Part shown: piece by piece, positions 25,870 through 26,753 of the stretch
Layout of the letters: every line of letters begins with the position of its first letter
Position numbering within the stretch: the stretch's first letter is position 1
IMG/VR virus record: IMGVR_UViG_3300027758_000025
Location: 1-26,753 of that record
Reading direction: 5' to 3' (one strand)
Length of the DNA stretch: 26,753 bases
Source of the DNA: a virus
Lineage: Duplodnaviria > Caudoviricetes
The notes under the pieces: model-generated
Seen by the model: the letters and a program-made list of their open reading frames with translations, nothing else
What the model was told of the DNA's origin: nothing
Databases searched by the model: none
Program-made: the position numbers and the translations under genes

Positions 25870-26205
25870 TTACTCCGCGTCACCTTCAACACGAGCTGCC
25901 GCTTCTTTGATTAGAGGCTGAAGTTCACCTTTTTGGAACATTTCCAAAATGATGTCACAACCACCGATCAACTCACCTTCAATCCAAAGCTGTGGGAATG
26001 TTGGCCATTGAGCGTACTTTGGTAGCTCAGCACGGATGTCTGGGTTTTGTAGAATGTCTACGTAAGCGAACTTCTCACCACAAGCCATTAGCGCTTGTGC
26101 TGCTTGAGAAGAGAAACCACAGCTAGGTAGTTTCGGTGATCCTTTCATGTACAGCAGGATTGAGTTTTCAGAAATCTGCTGTTTGATTTTATCGATAGTT
26201 TCCAT
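25870..26205 (-). CDS. grxD: monothiol glutaredoxin Grx4 (host)
   Basis: MKGSPKLPSCGFS active site, WPTFPQLW, GGCDI; ATG 26205 with GAGG RBS. Confidence 0.97.
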   Translation of the reverse strand: METIDKIKQQISENSILLYMKGSPKLPSCGFSSQAAQALMACGEKFAYVDILQNPDIRAELPKYAQWPTFPQLWIEGELIGGCDIILEMFQKGELQPLIKEAAARVEGDAE

Positions 26206-26295
26206 CGCTTCCTCATTCATGGATGTGAACTTTAATTATTGCCACATTCTACTCAATAAACACAGAATAAAAACCATATAATTAGTAAGCTTTTG

Positions 26296-26345
26296 TACTA
26301 AAGTAACTTCAAGATACAGGAATCCGAGCGTAGTCACTTATTCTA
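26296..26345 (+). repeat. degenerate ERIC-like intergenic repeat, copy 1 (partial)
   Basis: AACTTCAAGATACAGG at 26305-26320, repeated at 26458-26473 with one mismatch. Confidence 0.45.
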
Positions 26346-26393
26346 ACTTAAGAAAATGGACACCTTGAGAAAACGACCACTTCCATAAGGTTT

Positions 26394-26413
26394 AAAAGCC
26401 GAATCGGCTTTTT
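26394..26413. terminator. possible bidirectional terminator / palindrome
   Basis: AAAAGCCG-aat-CGGCTTTTT. Confidence 0.45.
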
Positions 26414-26446
26414 ACTGTACACGTGGAGGCGATTTGTTTTGGTGTG

Positions 26447-26570
26447 TATGCCCAAGCAACTTCAAGATGCAGGGTTCAGCGCACTGTCATTGACTCCCCG
26501 TCTACCGAAAGTAAGCAAGGAAAACAACGCCGTACAATGACAAGCGCTTCCCAAGTTGTTTGACGCAACA
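26447..26570 (+). repeat. degenerate ERIC-like intergenic repeat, copy 2
   Basis: Begins TATGCCCAAGCAACTT-CAAGATGCAGG, resembling the ERIC terminus; internal TGTCATTG/CAATGACA dyad; ends with inverted AAGTTGTTTG. Confidence 0.55.
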
Positions 26571-26683
26571 ATAGAACCAATAACTCGCTCTCTTTACACT
26601 TAGTAATGGCCTTGGAAGTTATCGCTCTAGCCCTCCTTTCTGTCAAAATATTTTCATATCGGGCTTTTAATAAAGTAAAAACT

Positions 26684-26692
26684 TGCTAAAAT
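26684..26692 (+). promoter_or_regulatory. extended -10 for the next host gene beyond the window (possibly sodB)
   Basis: TGcTAAAAT. sodB is suggested only by recalled grxD-sodB synteny. Confidence 0.35.
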
Positions 26693-26753
26693 ACTTTTCA
26701 AGTCAGTCGTAACGACTACATATAAATAAAAACACTGGAAGCAATCGAAAGGT

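Noticed and set aside
26296-26570. CRISPR array or integron attC array
   Set aside because: Only two degenerate copies about 150 bp apart; no regular spacers, cas genes or cassettes.

Overview
About 25.8 kb of a P2/186/HP1/K139-type (Peduoviridae-like) temperate prophage, running from inside the lysis cassette to its integrase-proximal att end. It is followed by about 1 kb of host chromosome with grxD and ERIC-like intergenic repeats; the sequence style suggests Vibrio. The backbone is recognisable and looks intact: spanins, SAR endolysin, holin, TraR-like zinc finger, tail tube/sheath, head and packaging genes, putative cos, Ogr, replication protein A with its internal origin, adenine methyltransferase, the CII/Cox/CI switch and a tyrosine integrase. 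Two cargo slots are filled. Between cI and int is a translationally coupled, AT-rich three-gene cassette: an MBL-fold hydrolase, a trypsin-like protease fused to a STAND-like ATPase, and a STAND-like ATPase with TPR-like repeats. It looks like an anti-phage system built as a split sensor/helper NTPase pair and is the top candidate for a new system. Between cos and ogr is a lone PD-(D/E)xK-like nuclease gene. Also notable: LexA boxes upstream of both ogr and a convergent Tum-position gene, a mirror-symmetric divergent late promoter, an acidic antisense ORF next to gene A, and two small ORFs missing from the ORF track. All calls come from reading motifs and synteny by eye; no searches were run.
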